From positions 7,683-71,682 of the forward strand of contig CAZRIV010000008.1 of the NCBI GenBank assembly GCA_964600235.1: 64,000 bases of DNA, written 5' to 3'. The position numbers and the translations under genes were made by a program. The stretch comes from an uncultured Bacteriovoracaceae bacterium. GTDB taxonomy: Bacteria; Desulfobacterota; Desulfomonilia; UBA1062. Positions 52,944-61,573 of this stretch are shown piece by piece; within the stretch, counting starts at the first letter, position 1; each line of letters starts with the position of its first letter. The notes under the pieces are model-generated. The model saw nothing but the letters and a program-made list of their open reading frames with translations, ran no database searches and was not told the origin of the DNA.

Positions 52944-53579
52944 ATGAGCACCCGAGAAAGAGACTTCGATAAGGAGGCTGCGTCATGGGACCAGAAGCCG
53001 GGGCGAATCAGGCTTGCCGCAGATGTCGCTGCAGCCATACGAAACGAGACCATCATAACCCCGGATATGGACGCCCTGGACTTCGGCTGCGGCACCGGGC
53101 TGCTGACCCTGCAGATGCAACCCCTCGTACGATCGATAACAGGAGTCGACAGCTCCGGGGGGATGCTCGACATCCTGATGTCCAAGGCGAGGGAACAGAA
53201 CCTGACCAATGTGAGCACCCAGCTCAAGGACCTGTCCAGGGGCGATGGACTTGATGGCAGGTATCACCTGATCATGAGCAGCATGACCCTGCACCATATC
53301 AGGGAGATCGCCCCACTGCTCCATCACCTCTCGGAGGCCATGCTCCCGGGCGGGCACCTCTGCATCGCCGACCTTGACCCTGACGACGGCAGGTTCCACA
53401 CCAACAATGAAGGCGTGTTCCACTTCGGGTTTGACCGATCGATTCTCTCTCAGGCATTCACGGAAGCGGGGTTCAGCGAGATCCGGGTTCAAACAGCAGC
53501 AACAATGGACAAGCCTGTCCCTGGAGGGGGCAAGCGCACCTTCACCGTTTTCCTCATGACCGCCCGGAAACCTGCCTGA
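52944..53579 (+). CDS. Class I SAM-dependent methyltransferase
   Basis: LDFGCGTGLLT motif I. Confidence 0.8.
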   Translation: MSTRERDFDKEAASWDQKPGRIRLAADVAAAIRNETIITPDMDALDFGCGTGLLTLQMQPLVRSITGVDSSGGMLDILMSKAREQNLTNVSTQLKDLSRGDGLDGRYHLIMSSMTLHHIREIAPLLHHLSEAMLPGGHLCIADLDPDDGRFHTNNEGVFHFGFDRSILSQAFTEAGFSEIRVQTAATMDKPVPGGGKRTFTVFLMTARKPA

Positions 53580-53699
53580 TACTGCGCAAGGCCACACGGA
53601 TGGAAAGCAGGTGCGTACGGTCTTCCCCCTCCCCATGCACGCACGGTTGAACTTGCCTTTGTGTAACCTCGCGGCTATTCCATCGTTATAGGGTGAACA

Positions 53700-54176
53700 A
53701 TGCAGATCACATCCATGTTCGAACAGTGCAAGGCAGGTATCTTCTCGTACCTGATGCGCATGAGCGGAAACTACGATCTTTCCCAGGACATCCTCCAGGA
53801 GACCTTCACGCGCTGTATGGAGCATTACCCGAACGGCAACGCATCGGCATCGCTGCTGTTCACCATCGCGAGAAACGCCCTGGTGGACCACCGGAGAAGG
53901 CATAAACCCAATAGCCCGTTCGACGAGGAGGTGCACCATGCCCAGGGGGATACGGCCGAACAGAGCGTCCTCATCAAGGAGAGCTACATCAAGATGCTCG
54001 AGGCCTTGAAGACCTTGCCCTCAGACGAGCGGGAGATGCTCTCGCTTGCCGTGAGCAGCGAGCTGCCATACAAAGAGATCGCCACCATCATGAACCTGAC
54101 CGAGGCGAACGTGAAGGTGAAGATCCACCGGGCACGGCAGAAACTCAGAGAGATCATCCAAGGAGGTCGGCCATGA
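53700..54176 (+). CDS. ECF-subfamily RNA polymerase sigma-70 factor
   Basis: Region 2 (...DILQETFTR...) and region 4 HTH (...LPYKEIATIMNLTEANVKVKIHRARQKLRE). Confidence 0.9.
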   Translation: MQITSMFEQCKAGIFSYLMRMSGNYDLSQDILQETFTRCMEHYPNGNASASLLFTIARNALVDHRRRHKPNSPFDEEVHHAQGDTAEQSVLIKESYIKMLEALKTLPSDEREMLSLAVSSELPYKEIATIMNLTEANVKVKIHRARQKLREIIQGGRP

Positions 54177-54739
54177 AAGAAGAGCTGATCAGCATGTTCA
54201 TCGATGACGAGATGGACCTGGAAGAAAAAATCGAATTTGTGGAGCAGGTGCATGCGGATGTGTTTTTCAAGGACAGCACCATCGAGTTCCTGTACCTGGA
54301 GAAGGACCTCAGGGGCGATGTGGTCGAGCGGCTGCCTCAGGTAAGCGTACCTGCACGAAAAACCTCATGGATATTCTTCCGGCCCATGCATCTTGTCGCG
54401 GCTTCCCTGGCCGCTGCCGCAGCACTGCTTGTCTTTCTGTTCTGGCCGGTCCACCAGGAAGCAGCTAACCCCAGCGAGCCCTACCGGTTCGTGATCTACC
54501 GACCCGATGTATCCCGGGCCGCCATTGCCGGCGATTTCACCGGGTGGAAAGATGTTCCGCTGCAGCGTGTCGGATCGAGCGGTTACTGGGAGATATCGTT
54601 CAGCCTCCCCCGGGGGGAACACCGGTATGTCTTTGTCCTGGGCGGAGGAGAACGGGTCCCGGACCCCACGGTCATGACCCGGGAACCAGATGATTTCGGG
54701 GGAGAGAATACGATCATTGCAACAGGGGGTAATGCATGA
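54173..54739 (+). CDS. Anti-sigma factor (single TM) with periplasmic AMPK-beta/CBM48-like beta-sandwich domain
   Basis: ATGA overlap with the sigma gene, an acidic N-terminus, a TM (LVAASLAAAAALLVFLFW), and a C-terminal domain ...FTGWKDVPL...YVFVLGG.... Confidence 0.65.
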   Translation: MKEELISMFIDDEMDLEEKIEFVEQVHADVFFKDSTIEFLYLEKDLRGDVVERLPQVSVPARKTSWIFFRPMHLVAASLAAAAALLVFLFWPVHQEAANPSEPYRFVIYRPDVSRAAIAGDFTGWKDVPLQRVGSSGYWEISFSLPRGEHRYVFVLGGGERVPDPTVMTREPDDFGGENTIIATGGNA

Positions 54740-55062
54740 GATTCCGGGCACTCACGATTGCAGGGCTATTCTTCCTTCTGGCCGGATGCACACACCATAC
54801 GGTCCTTGTGGACAAAGGCTCGGTTACCCTGTCTCTGAAGGCGCCGGGCGCGAAAAGCGTCCATCTCGCATCTTCCCTGGACGGATTTGAGCTCCACGAG
54901 GCCCGGCAGGCGGATGACTCGAACTGGGTGATACAGCTCCCCTCGGACATGCAGTTCAGTTACTTCTACCTGGTGGACGGCGAGGTCTTCCTGCCCGAGT
55001 GCACCCTTACGGAATCGGACGATTTCGGGTCACGCAACTGCGTCTATGCCCCCGGGATGTAA
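54736..55062 (+). CDS. Lipoprotein with CBM48/AMPK-beta-like domain (paralogous to the anti-sigma C-terminal domain)
   Basis: Lipobox LLAGC. Its domain ...LDGFELHE...SYFYLVDGEVFLPE...DDFGSRN is similar to the preceding protein's ...FTGW...YVFVLGGGERVPDP...DDFGGEN. Confidence 0.6.
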   Translation: MRFRALTIAGLFFLLAGCTHHTVLVDKGSVTLSLKAPGAKSVHLASSLDGFELHEARQADDSNWVIQLPSDMQFSYFYLVDGEVFLPECTLTESDDFGSRNCVYAPGM

Positions 55063-55116
55063 CCTGTGCCGCATCTATACGTTTCATATGGCAACTCAGC
55101 ACAAAAGGAGAACATC

Positions 55117-56187
55117 ATGAAAAAGGTAATCACGGCTCTGTTCTTACTGGCCTTCATGGCATCCGGCGCCCGTGCGGATTCCATCGATGACGCCCTGGGA
55201 ACGGACACATCGCCGCAGGTCAGAGAGAGCGTCAGGGAGATGGTACGGGCTGGCATCCATCAGGATGATGCCATTGGGATCACAAGGGCCATGGTCCTAA
55301 ACAGGTATCAGGAGCGCAACGTCCTGCAGGTGCACCAGTCCGTCCGGGAGGCCAGGCGTGCAGGTCTGCCGACCGAGCCTCTCATGAACAAACTCCGGGA
55401 AGGCATTGCAAAACAGGTACGCTCCGAGGCGGTGGCAAAGGCCGTGGATCAGGTGAGGGGCCGGTACGCGCATGCATACGGCAAGGCAAAGGGCCTTGCC
55501 TCTGTTGAAGGCAATCTGGCCCCGCTGGGCAACGCCATTGCCGAGGGCATGGCTGCCGGCATGGCCCCGGGTGATGTGGACGCAATCGCCCGGAAACTAA
55601 AGGACCACACACGGACCATGGACAGGGAGCAGGTTCACAAGCTCTCCATGGAGAGCTTCCTGACCGCCAGAGACATGACAAGGCAGGGCGTCGCTCCGGC
55701 GACGGGAACCGATGTCGTATGCCAGGCGCTGGAGAAGTCATGGCAGTACAGTGACATGGAAAGGCTGAGAAACTCGTTCATGACACAAGCCCGCCTGGAG
55801 AACCCTCAGGGGCTTGCCATGAGATACTCCAGGGCCATCAGGAACGGCTTCGATTCGAGCCGGATCGATTCGAAACAGGCCCGGGAGACATATGGCCAGG
55901 GTGCCCAGAGAGGACAGGGATCGCCGGGTGGAAAAGGCATGGGGTCTGGCGACGGTTCCACTTCAGGAGGTAAGGGCGGGGCGTCGGGTAACGGTGGGGG
56001 ATCGGGTTCTGGCGGAAGCGGTTCTTCAGGCAGTGGGGCTGGCTCAGGCGGGAGCGGATCTTCAGGAAGCGGCGGCTCATCCGGCAGTGGATCGGGGTCT
56101 GGTAGCGGGTCCGGGTCAGGTGGCGGTTCAGGCTCCGGCTCAGGCGGAAGCGGCGGTTCCGGATCGGGAGGACGAGGCGGCAAGTAA
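55117..56187 (+). CDS. Secreted protein with long C-terminal Gly/Ser low-complexity tail
   Basis: RBS AAAAGGAG, signal peptide MKKVITALFLLAFMASGARA, a helical domain, then ~100 aa of (G/S)n. Confidence 0.6.
   Translation: MKKVITALFLLAFMASGARADSIDDALGTDTSPQVRESVREMVRAGIHQDDAIGITRAMVLNRYQERNVLQVHQSVREARRAGLPTEPLMNKLREGIAKQVRSEAVAKAVDQVRGRYAHAYGKAKGLASVEGNLAPLGNAIAEGMAAGMAPGDVDAIARKLKDHTRTMDREQVHKLSMESFLTARDMTRQGVAPATGTDVVCQALEKSWQYSDMERLRNSFMTQARLENPQGLAMRYSRAIRNGFDSSRIDSKQARETYGQGAQRGQGSPGGKGMGSGDGSTSGGKGGASGNGGGSGSGGSGSSGSGAGSGGSGSSGSGGSSGSGSGSGSGSGSGGGSGSGSGGSGGSGSGGRGGK
55915..56185. repeat. GGN/AGC trinucleotide-rich low-complexity tract encoding the Gly/Ser tail
   Basis: Imperfect tandem repeats of ggc/ggt/agc/tcc. 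A candidate for slipped-strand length variation. Confidence 0.55.
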
Positions 56188-56345
56188 TGGGATATGGTAT
56201 AGTTGACTCTCCAAAGGACGTAACTATGGAGGCAAGTGATGAAGGTACGAAGGAGAGAGGACATTACAGGATTTATCACGGTCTTCTGTCTGACCATGCC
56301 ACATGTAACCTTCTAGCCATGAACAAGATAAAAGGAGGTACTGCC

Positions 56346-56501
56346 ATGAAGAAGTTGATCATAACGATGCTGTTTCTTGCACTGACAACAGGGGTTGTAA
56401 TCGCCGGAGGTGATCAGAACCAGGGAACAAGCGGTTCCGGGTCGACATCGACCGGTTCGACTTCGCAGGGCCAGGCATCTCAATCACGTTCAGGTCGATA
56501 A
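56346..56501 (+). CDS. Small secreted Gly/Ser/Thr-rich peptide (51 aa)
   Basis: Strong RBS AAAAGGAGG before ATG 56346. Signal peptide MKKLIITMLFLALTTGVVIA, then a GS-rich region. Confidence 0.4.
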   Translation: MKKLIITMLFLALTTGVVIAGGDQNQGTSGSGSTSTGSTSQGQASQSRSGR

Positions 56502-56788
56502 TTCATCTATCTGTAAGCTTGTGCTATGCCCACGGGCAAAGGCTTATGCCTTTGCCCGTTTCGTTATCCGGCTCGCTCGGGGTACGGACCATCGGGACAA
56601 AATATTTGTCTCTTGTCTTTTTTCAATGCCCCCTTATAATTAAAGAAAAGCTTTTTGATTTTCATTACCATGAATGGATTCAGGAATATACTCGGCGATA
56701 ATAGGGCGTAATTTCAGTTGGTTTTAATTCCTGCATCTCTGCGGGATGAGGGACTTTATGTACATGAGAACAAGGGAGATCCCATGAC

Positions 56789-58027
56789 ATGAAGCATTGG
56801 CCCTTCCTTTTCATCCTGCCGGCCATGCTGTTCATTGCCGTCCCTGCAGATGCCCCTCGGGCGGATTCCAACTCCTGCGTTATCTGCCACACCGACGGTG
56901 CCAAGCTGAAGTCCCTGGTCATCCCGCCCAAGATCCACTCTGAGGGAGAGGGTTGAGCGGGTGCTCCTCCGCCGGTCCGGGCGGAAGACTACTACAAGGG
57001 TTACCTGGTGGACTCCTCTCTTCTGGAAAAGGACCCTCACCTCTCCAGGGGATGCCGCTCCTGCCACAAGGGAAATGCCGATGCCCAGGATAAGGACGAG
57101 GCGCATAAAGGCATGCTCAAGCGGCCCTCCGACGACCTCGCTACCTGTGGAGGCAAGTGCCATGGGAAGATCGCCGCAAACTATGCCAAATCTCTGCATT
57201 ACACATCCCTGGGCCAGAGGCAGGGGGTCATCCCCCGGTTCTCCAGGGCCGAGGTCAAGCTCTTCGACCAGAAGGTCTTCCAGCAGTCCTGCCGCAGCTG
57301 CCACGCCTCCTGCGGGTCCTGCCATGTGAAATCGCCCGCGGTATCGGGCATAAGCCTGGGTCTCATCAAGGGCCACAAGTTCATCAAGAAGGACGAGGGC
57401 AAGACCTGCGCCTTCTGCCACGGCGGCCGCGTATACCCCGAATACACCGGTGAGTACGGAGGGTCTACGGATATACACTACCAGAAGGGCATGATGTGCG
57501 TGGACTGCCACAAGAAGGTGGAGATGCACGGCGACGGCAGGAGATACCTGGGGAAGCAGGAAGTGAAAGACCGGCCGAAGTGCACGAACTGCCACAAGAC
57601 CATCAAGTCGGGCAAGCTCCGCGTACAGGTGGCCCACGATGCCCACAAGGGCAAGGTGAGCTGCTACGGCTGCCACGCCGCGGGCCAGTACCGGAACTGC
57701 TACACCTGCCACAAGGAGTCGACCTCGAAGCCCGGCTTCATCCTGGGGAAGAATCCGCGCAATCTAAAAGAGGTCACCACACTGAGGATCATCCCCACGG
57801 TACGCGACAGCTTCGCCCATGCAGGAATCAAGCAGGAGAACTACGACAGGCTTCCCAACTACTGGAATACCCCGGCACACACCATCAAAAAACGGACGGA
57901 CCGGACACGGTCTTGCGATATCTGTCATACGGAGAAGAAGGATTTCCTCACCCGGGAGACCCTTCTGAAGGACGGCTCCAAGGCCAATCAGGGACTGATC
58001 CATGTCCCGAAACCCATAACACACTAG
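56789..58027 (+). CDS. Periplasmic multiheme cytochrome c (~11 CxxCH) with in-frame UGA at 56954-56956 (candidate Sec/recoding site, or a disrupted gene)
   Basis: ATG 56789 encodes signal peptide MKHWPFLFILPAMLFIAVPADA plus a first heme motif CVICH. The sequence ...SEGEG-UGA-AGAPPPVRAEDYYKGYLVDSSLLEK... continues in the same frame into the 57008-58027 ORF, which itself lacks a signal peptide. Ten further CxxCH motifs follow. Confidence 0.55.
56968..56985 (+). promoter_or_regulatory. SECIS-like hairpin 11 nt downstream of the cytochrome UGA
   Basis: UCCGCC-GGUCCG-GGCGGA: a 6-bp GC-rich stem with a GGUC apical loop (compare the GGUC apex of E. coli fdhF SECIS) in the canonical window after the UGA. 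Confidence 0.3.
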
Positions 58028-58040
58028 ACAAGGAGGAAGT

Positions 58041-58937
58041 ATGAAACAGCTCAAAACATGTGCACTCATGATGGTGGTGTTCGCTCTCCTCATCCCGGCA
58101 GCCGTCATGGCCCGGGGAATAGATCCCATCGTCTCGACGGAATGGCTCGACAAGAACCTGGCAGACGCGAAGCTCGTGATCGTGGATATCCGCAAGGTGG
58201 AGGAGTACAACGCGGGACACATTCCCGGTGCGGTCAATGTCTTCTACAATGTCTGGGCACCAGGCAAGGGTGACATGCAGAACGAACTCCCGGCCGACGA
58301 TGACCTGAAGGATGCCCTGTCCGCCAACGGGATCGCAGCCGATTCCAAGGTGGTGGTGGTGGGTAAGACCGACACCCCGCCCGACAAGGTGAACGTCACA
58401 AGGGTAGCGCTCACGCTCCTCTATGCGGGCGTAAGCGATGTGGCTGTCTTGGACGGCGGGATGAACAAGTGGACCTCAGAGACCAAGAAGGTTTCCACGG
58501 ATGCGGTGAAGCCCAAGGCAAAGGACTACAAGGGAAAGTTCAACAAGGGCCTGTTCATCAAGAAGGAAGATGTTGCGGCCAAGATCGGCAAGGCGATCAT
58601 ACTGGATACCCGTGAGGCGCCTTTCTATAGCGGAGAGAAGAAGCTCGACTTCGTTGCCAAGCTCGGTCATGTCAAAGGTGCGGTGAACCTCCCCACCATG
58701 TCCCTGATCTTCAACGCGGACGGGACATACAAGGCAGCTGCCGACCTGATGGTCCTTGCGGCAAAGGCTGCGGGTGAGGACAAGGCAAAAGAGATCATCG
58801 TGTACTGCGATTCGGGCAGGGTGGCCTCGGCCTGGTGGTACCTATTAAAAGAAGTCCTGGGGTACAAGGACGTGAAGATCTACGACGGCTCCTTCCAGGA
58901 CTGGGCCAAGGATGCAAATCTGCCCGTAGAACCGTAA
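58041..58937 (+). CDS. Periplasmic tandem-rhodanese sulfurtransferase (Sud/thiosulfate-sulfurtransferase-like)
   Basis: Signal peptide, two rhodanese domains, and active-site Cys loop IVYCDSGRVAS in the second. Confidence 0.85.
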   Translation: MKQLKTCALMMVVFALLIPAAVMARGIDPIVSTEWLDKNLADAKLVIVDIRKVEEYNAGHIPGAVNVFYNVWAPGKGDMQNELPADDDLKDALSANGIAADSKVVVVGKTDTPPDKVNVTRVALTLLYAGVSDVAVLDGGMNKWTSETKKVSTDAVKPKAKDYKGKFNKGLFIKKEDVAAKIGKAIILDTREAPFYSGEKKLDFVAKLGHVKGAVNLPTMSLIFNADGTYKAAADLMVLAAKAAGEDKAKEIIVYCDSGRVASAWWYLLKEVLGYKDVKIYDGSFQDWAKDANLPVEP

Positions 58938-59007
58938 TGCACCAGCCGGGACGGGACAGGCACAGCCATGTCCCGTCCCGTGTACCATGGAAAGGATTGG
59001 GGAACGA

Positions 59008-60837
59008 ATGACTCGCTTGAAGGCCATACGTCTCATCTTCCTGGTCATGGCAGTAACTGTCGTGCTGCCGGCGGGCAGGTCCGACAGCGGCCAGCGGTCA
59101 TCCGCACACCAGGACATCTGGCTGCGCAACGAGACCGGCGATCGCATCACGCCGACGGACAACGCGGCAGAGCCCTACAGCCCGAGGAAGACCTGCGGGG
59201 CCTGTCACCACTACCCGACCATCGTGCAGGGCGACCACTTCCGCATGGGCTCCCCGGCAAAGAAGGCCGATCCTTCCCGGGCGAACCTCCCCCTGGAGCT
59301 TCTGCCGGGCGAAGGGCGACCCGCGCCCTACGGCGGTGCAGCGATCTATGACTGGATCGCCGCGAATGCCTCCTACCACCCGGGCGGCGGACCCATGGAG
59401 TGTCTCAACCTGCGTCCGGCCGGAGGAACACCGACGAACCTCGTAGAGGCGGAGCGCATCGTCTCCTCGTCCAGGAACCCCCATTTCCAGTCCCGCCTCA
59501 CCCCGGACGGCCACAGCCGCTTCAAGGCAAGCGGAGTCCTGGAAGGGGACTGCCTCATGTGCCACCTGAACGAGTACCGCCTTGAGCGGCGCAACGCCCA
59601 GATCGCCTCCCGGAACTACCGGTGGGCGGCCACGGCGGGCTCAGGCCTGGGCGAGGTGACCGGCCGGGTGTGGACCCCGGGCGAGGGCAAAGGCACCTGG
59701 GAATTCTCCCGCAGGCCGCTGGTGAAATACCACTGGAAGAACGGCATGTTCAAAACGGATGGCAGGCTTTCGGGACGCCTCATCCGCAAGGCGGTCTCTT
59801 CAAGCTCATGCCTGGCGTGCCACGGGACCACGCAGGCCCTCCGGACAGGGACCCTGTACCGCTCAGGCGATGATGCCCACATAAAAGCGGGCCTGCGGTG
59901 CGCAGACTGCCACACCTTGGCCGAGGCTGCACCTGGAGGCAGGCTCGGTCACCGCTTCGGCGGCTCGTCCGCATCCGGTGACTTCCGGCAGACCGGCATG
60001 AGGACCTGCGCCGACTGTCACCTGGCACAGGGGGGGCGTGCCCCCGACCCGACACTGACCCATGCGGACATGCTGCCCAATGCCACATTCCACCTGAGGC
60101 TGCTGGCCTGCACGGCCTGCCACGCCACGGCACAACCGGCAAAGGGGGCGTACCTGCTGGACCTCTCCACCGGCGCCGGACAACGGTTTACCGCACAGGG
60201 TCTTGAAGCACTCATCTCCCCGGCCGATGCCGCGAATCCCGCCCGGGAATCCTGGAGGCCCTGGCTCGCCATCTACGACCTCAAGGGATCACGCGGCCGG
60301 CGCTACGTGCCTGTTGCCCTGCACACGGCCCAGTGGTTCGGGGTGAAGGGACACAAAAACCGGATAACACCGTTGGAAGCCCCTGTGGTGGCCAATGCCT
60401 TCAGGCTCTGCACCGGCATCACCACTGCGGAGGTCAGGGACACCGCGGGGAGAAAACTCAGGATCCCCACCGTGGCCACCGAGGCCGACACGGCGAAGAT
60501 GCTTCACGCGCTGACACGCCTGGGCGTGAAGCAGGCGGTCTTCGTCTCGGACAAGGCCTATTCGCTCAAAGGCGGCAAGGTCGTGTCCTCGGAGCTGCCC
60601 TTGATCAACACCCTGAGCCTGCCGGTCTGGCACAACGTCCAGCCTGTGGCGAAAAGGCAGACCTATGGCGCCAAAGGCTGCACCGACTGCCACCAGGACA
60701 AGGCCCCCTTCTTTACGAAGATGAAGGTAAAATCCGTGGGGCGGTTCCTGAAGGACGACTACCCGGTGCCCAAGGCGCCCAATGCATCCCCCCAGATGCT
60801 GGACTGGGGTTACGAGGAAGTGCCGAGCCATGAATAG
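59008..60837 (+). CDS. Periplasmic multiheme cytochrome c (>=8 CxxCH)
   Basis: Signal peptide MTRLKAIRLIFLVMAVTVVLPA. Heme motifs CGACH, CLMCH, CLACH, CADCH (x2), CTACH and CTDCH. ~610 aa. Confidence 0.85.
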   Translation: MTRLKAIRLIFLVMAVTVVLPAGRSDSGQRSSAHQDIWLRNETGDRITPTDNAAEPYSPRKTCGACHHYPTIVQGDHFRMGSPAKKADPSRANLPLELLPGEGRPAPYGGAAIYDWIAANASYHPGGGPMECLNLRPAGGTPTNLVEAERIVSSSRNPHFQSRLTPDGHSRFKASGVLEGDCLMCHLNEYRLERRNAQIASRNYRWAATAGSGLGEVTGRVWTPGEGKGTWEFSRRPLVKYHWKNGMFKTDGRLSGRLIRKAVSSSSCLACHGTTQALRTGTLYRSGDDAHIKAGLRCADCHTLAEAAPGGRLGHRFGGSSASGDFRQTGMRTCADCHLAQGGRAPDPTLTHADMLPNATFHLRLLACTACHATAQPAKGAYLLDLSTGAGQRFTAQGLEALISPADAANPARESWRPWLAIYDLKGSRGRRYVPVALHTAQWFGVKGHKNRITPLEAPVVANAFRLCTGITTAEVRDTAGRKLRIPTVATEADTAKMLHALTRLGVKQAVFVSDKAYSLKGGKVVSSELPLINTLSLPVWHNVQPVAKRQTYGAKGCTDCHQDKAPFFTKMKVKSVGRFLKDDYPVPKAPNASPQMLDWGYEEVPSHE

Positions 60838-61573
60838 CTCATTACGCCCACTGCTGCTTGCGGGTCTTATCCTGCTGACCATTGCCTGGGCCCTCCCCGC
60901 CCCCCTCACGGCCGCCCAGAGCTGGAAGATGGTGAAGGCCGAGACGCTGGATTCCTGGCTGAAGACGGAGCAGCTCACGCTGGTGAACGTCATGAGCCGC
61001 ATCGAGTGCCTGGACCACCGCATCGCGGGTTCAGAGTGCATTGCCTGCGAGGAGTTCAAGGACAGGCTCTCCAGCATCCCCCGGGACAGGAAACTCGTGA
61101 TCTACTGCGAGAGCGAGGTGTGCACCCGCAGCTGCCTGGCCGCAGACGAGGCGACCAAGGCCGGTTTGAAGGACGTTTATGTGCTGGAAGGGGGCATGCC
61201 GGCATGGAAGGCCGCCGGGTTCACTCTGGAATCGGTGCAGCGCATCCCGCGCATGCCCGTTTCCTCGGTGAAGGCTACTGAGATCAAGACCTGGATGAAC
61301 CGCCACCCGGAGTTCATGGTGCTCGATATCCGCTCCCGGGAAAAATATGAAAAGGGTCACCTCGATGGCGCCATGAGCATCCCCCTGCACCAGCTGCACG
61401 AACGATACCAGGAAATCCCCCACGACAGGGCGCTGATGCTGGTGGACGACCAGGGCTTCCGCTCCTTCCTGGCTGCCAGCTACCTTGCCCGCAAGGGGTT
61501 CAAGGTCATGCGGCTCTTCGGGGGCATGGCGGCGTGGAAGACCTTCTCCGAAGGCAAGAGGCAGGTGAAATGA
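60830..61573 (+). CDS. Secreted tandem rhodanese-domain protein
   Basis: The ATG overlaps the upstream stop. Signal peptide, then two rhodanese folds with Cys loops (VIYCESEVC... and a C-terminal domain). Confidence 0.8.
   Translation: MNSSLRPLLLAGLILLTIAWALPAPLTAAQSWKMVKAETLDSWLKTEQLTLVNVMSRIECLDHRIAGSECIACEEFKDRLSSIPRDRKLVIYCESEVCTRSCLAADEATKAGLKDVYVLEGGMPAWKAAGFTLESVQRIPRMPVSSVKATEIKTWMNRHPEFMVLDIRSREKYEKGHLDGAMSIPLHQLHERYQEIPHDRALMLVDDQGFRSFLAASYLARKGFKVMRLFGGMAAWKTFSEGKRQVK

Noticed and set aside
55806-56297. Pro-rich 163-aa minus-strand ORF
   Set aside because: It is the reverse complement of the GGN/AGC repeat encoding the Gly/Ser tail. The CCN codons are an artefact of the repeat.
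56756-57712. 318-aa minus-strand ORF opposite the multiheme cytochrome
   Set aside because: Antisense to a frame containing ten CxxCH motifs. Ala/Gly/Leu-rich with no features.
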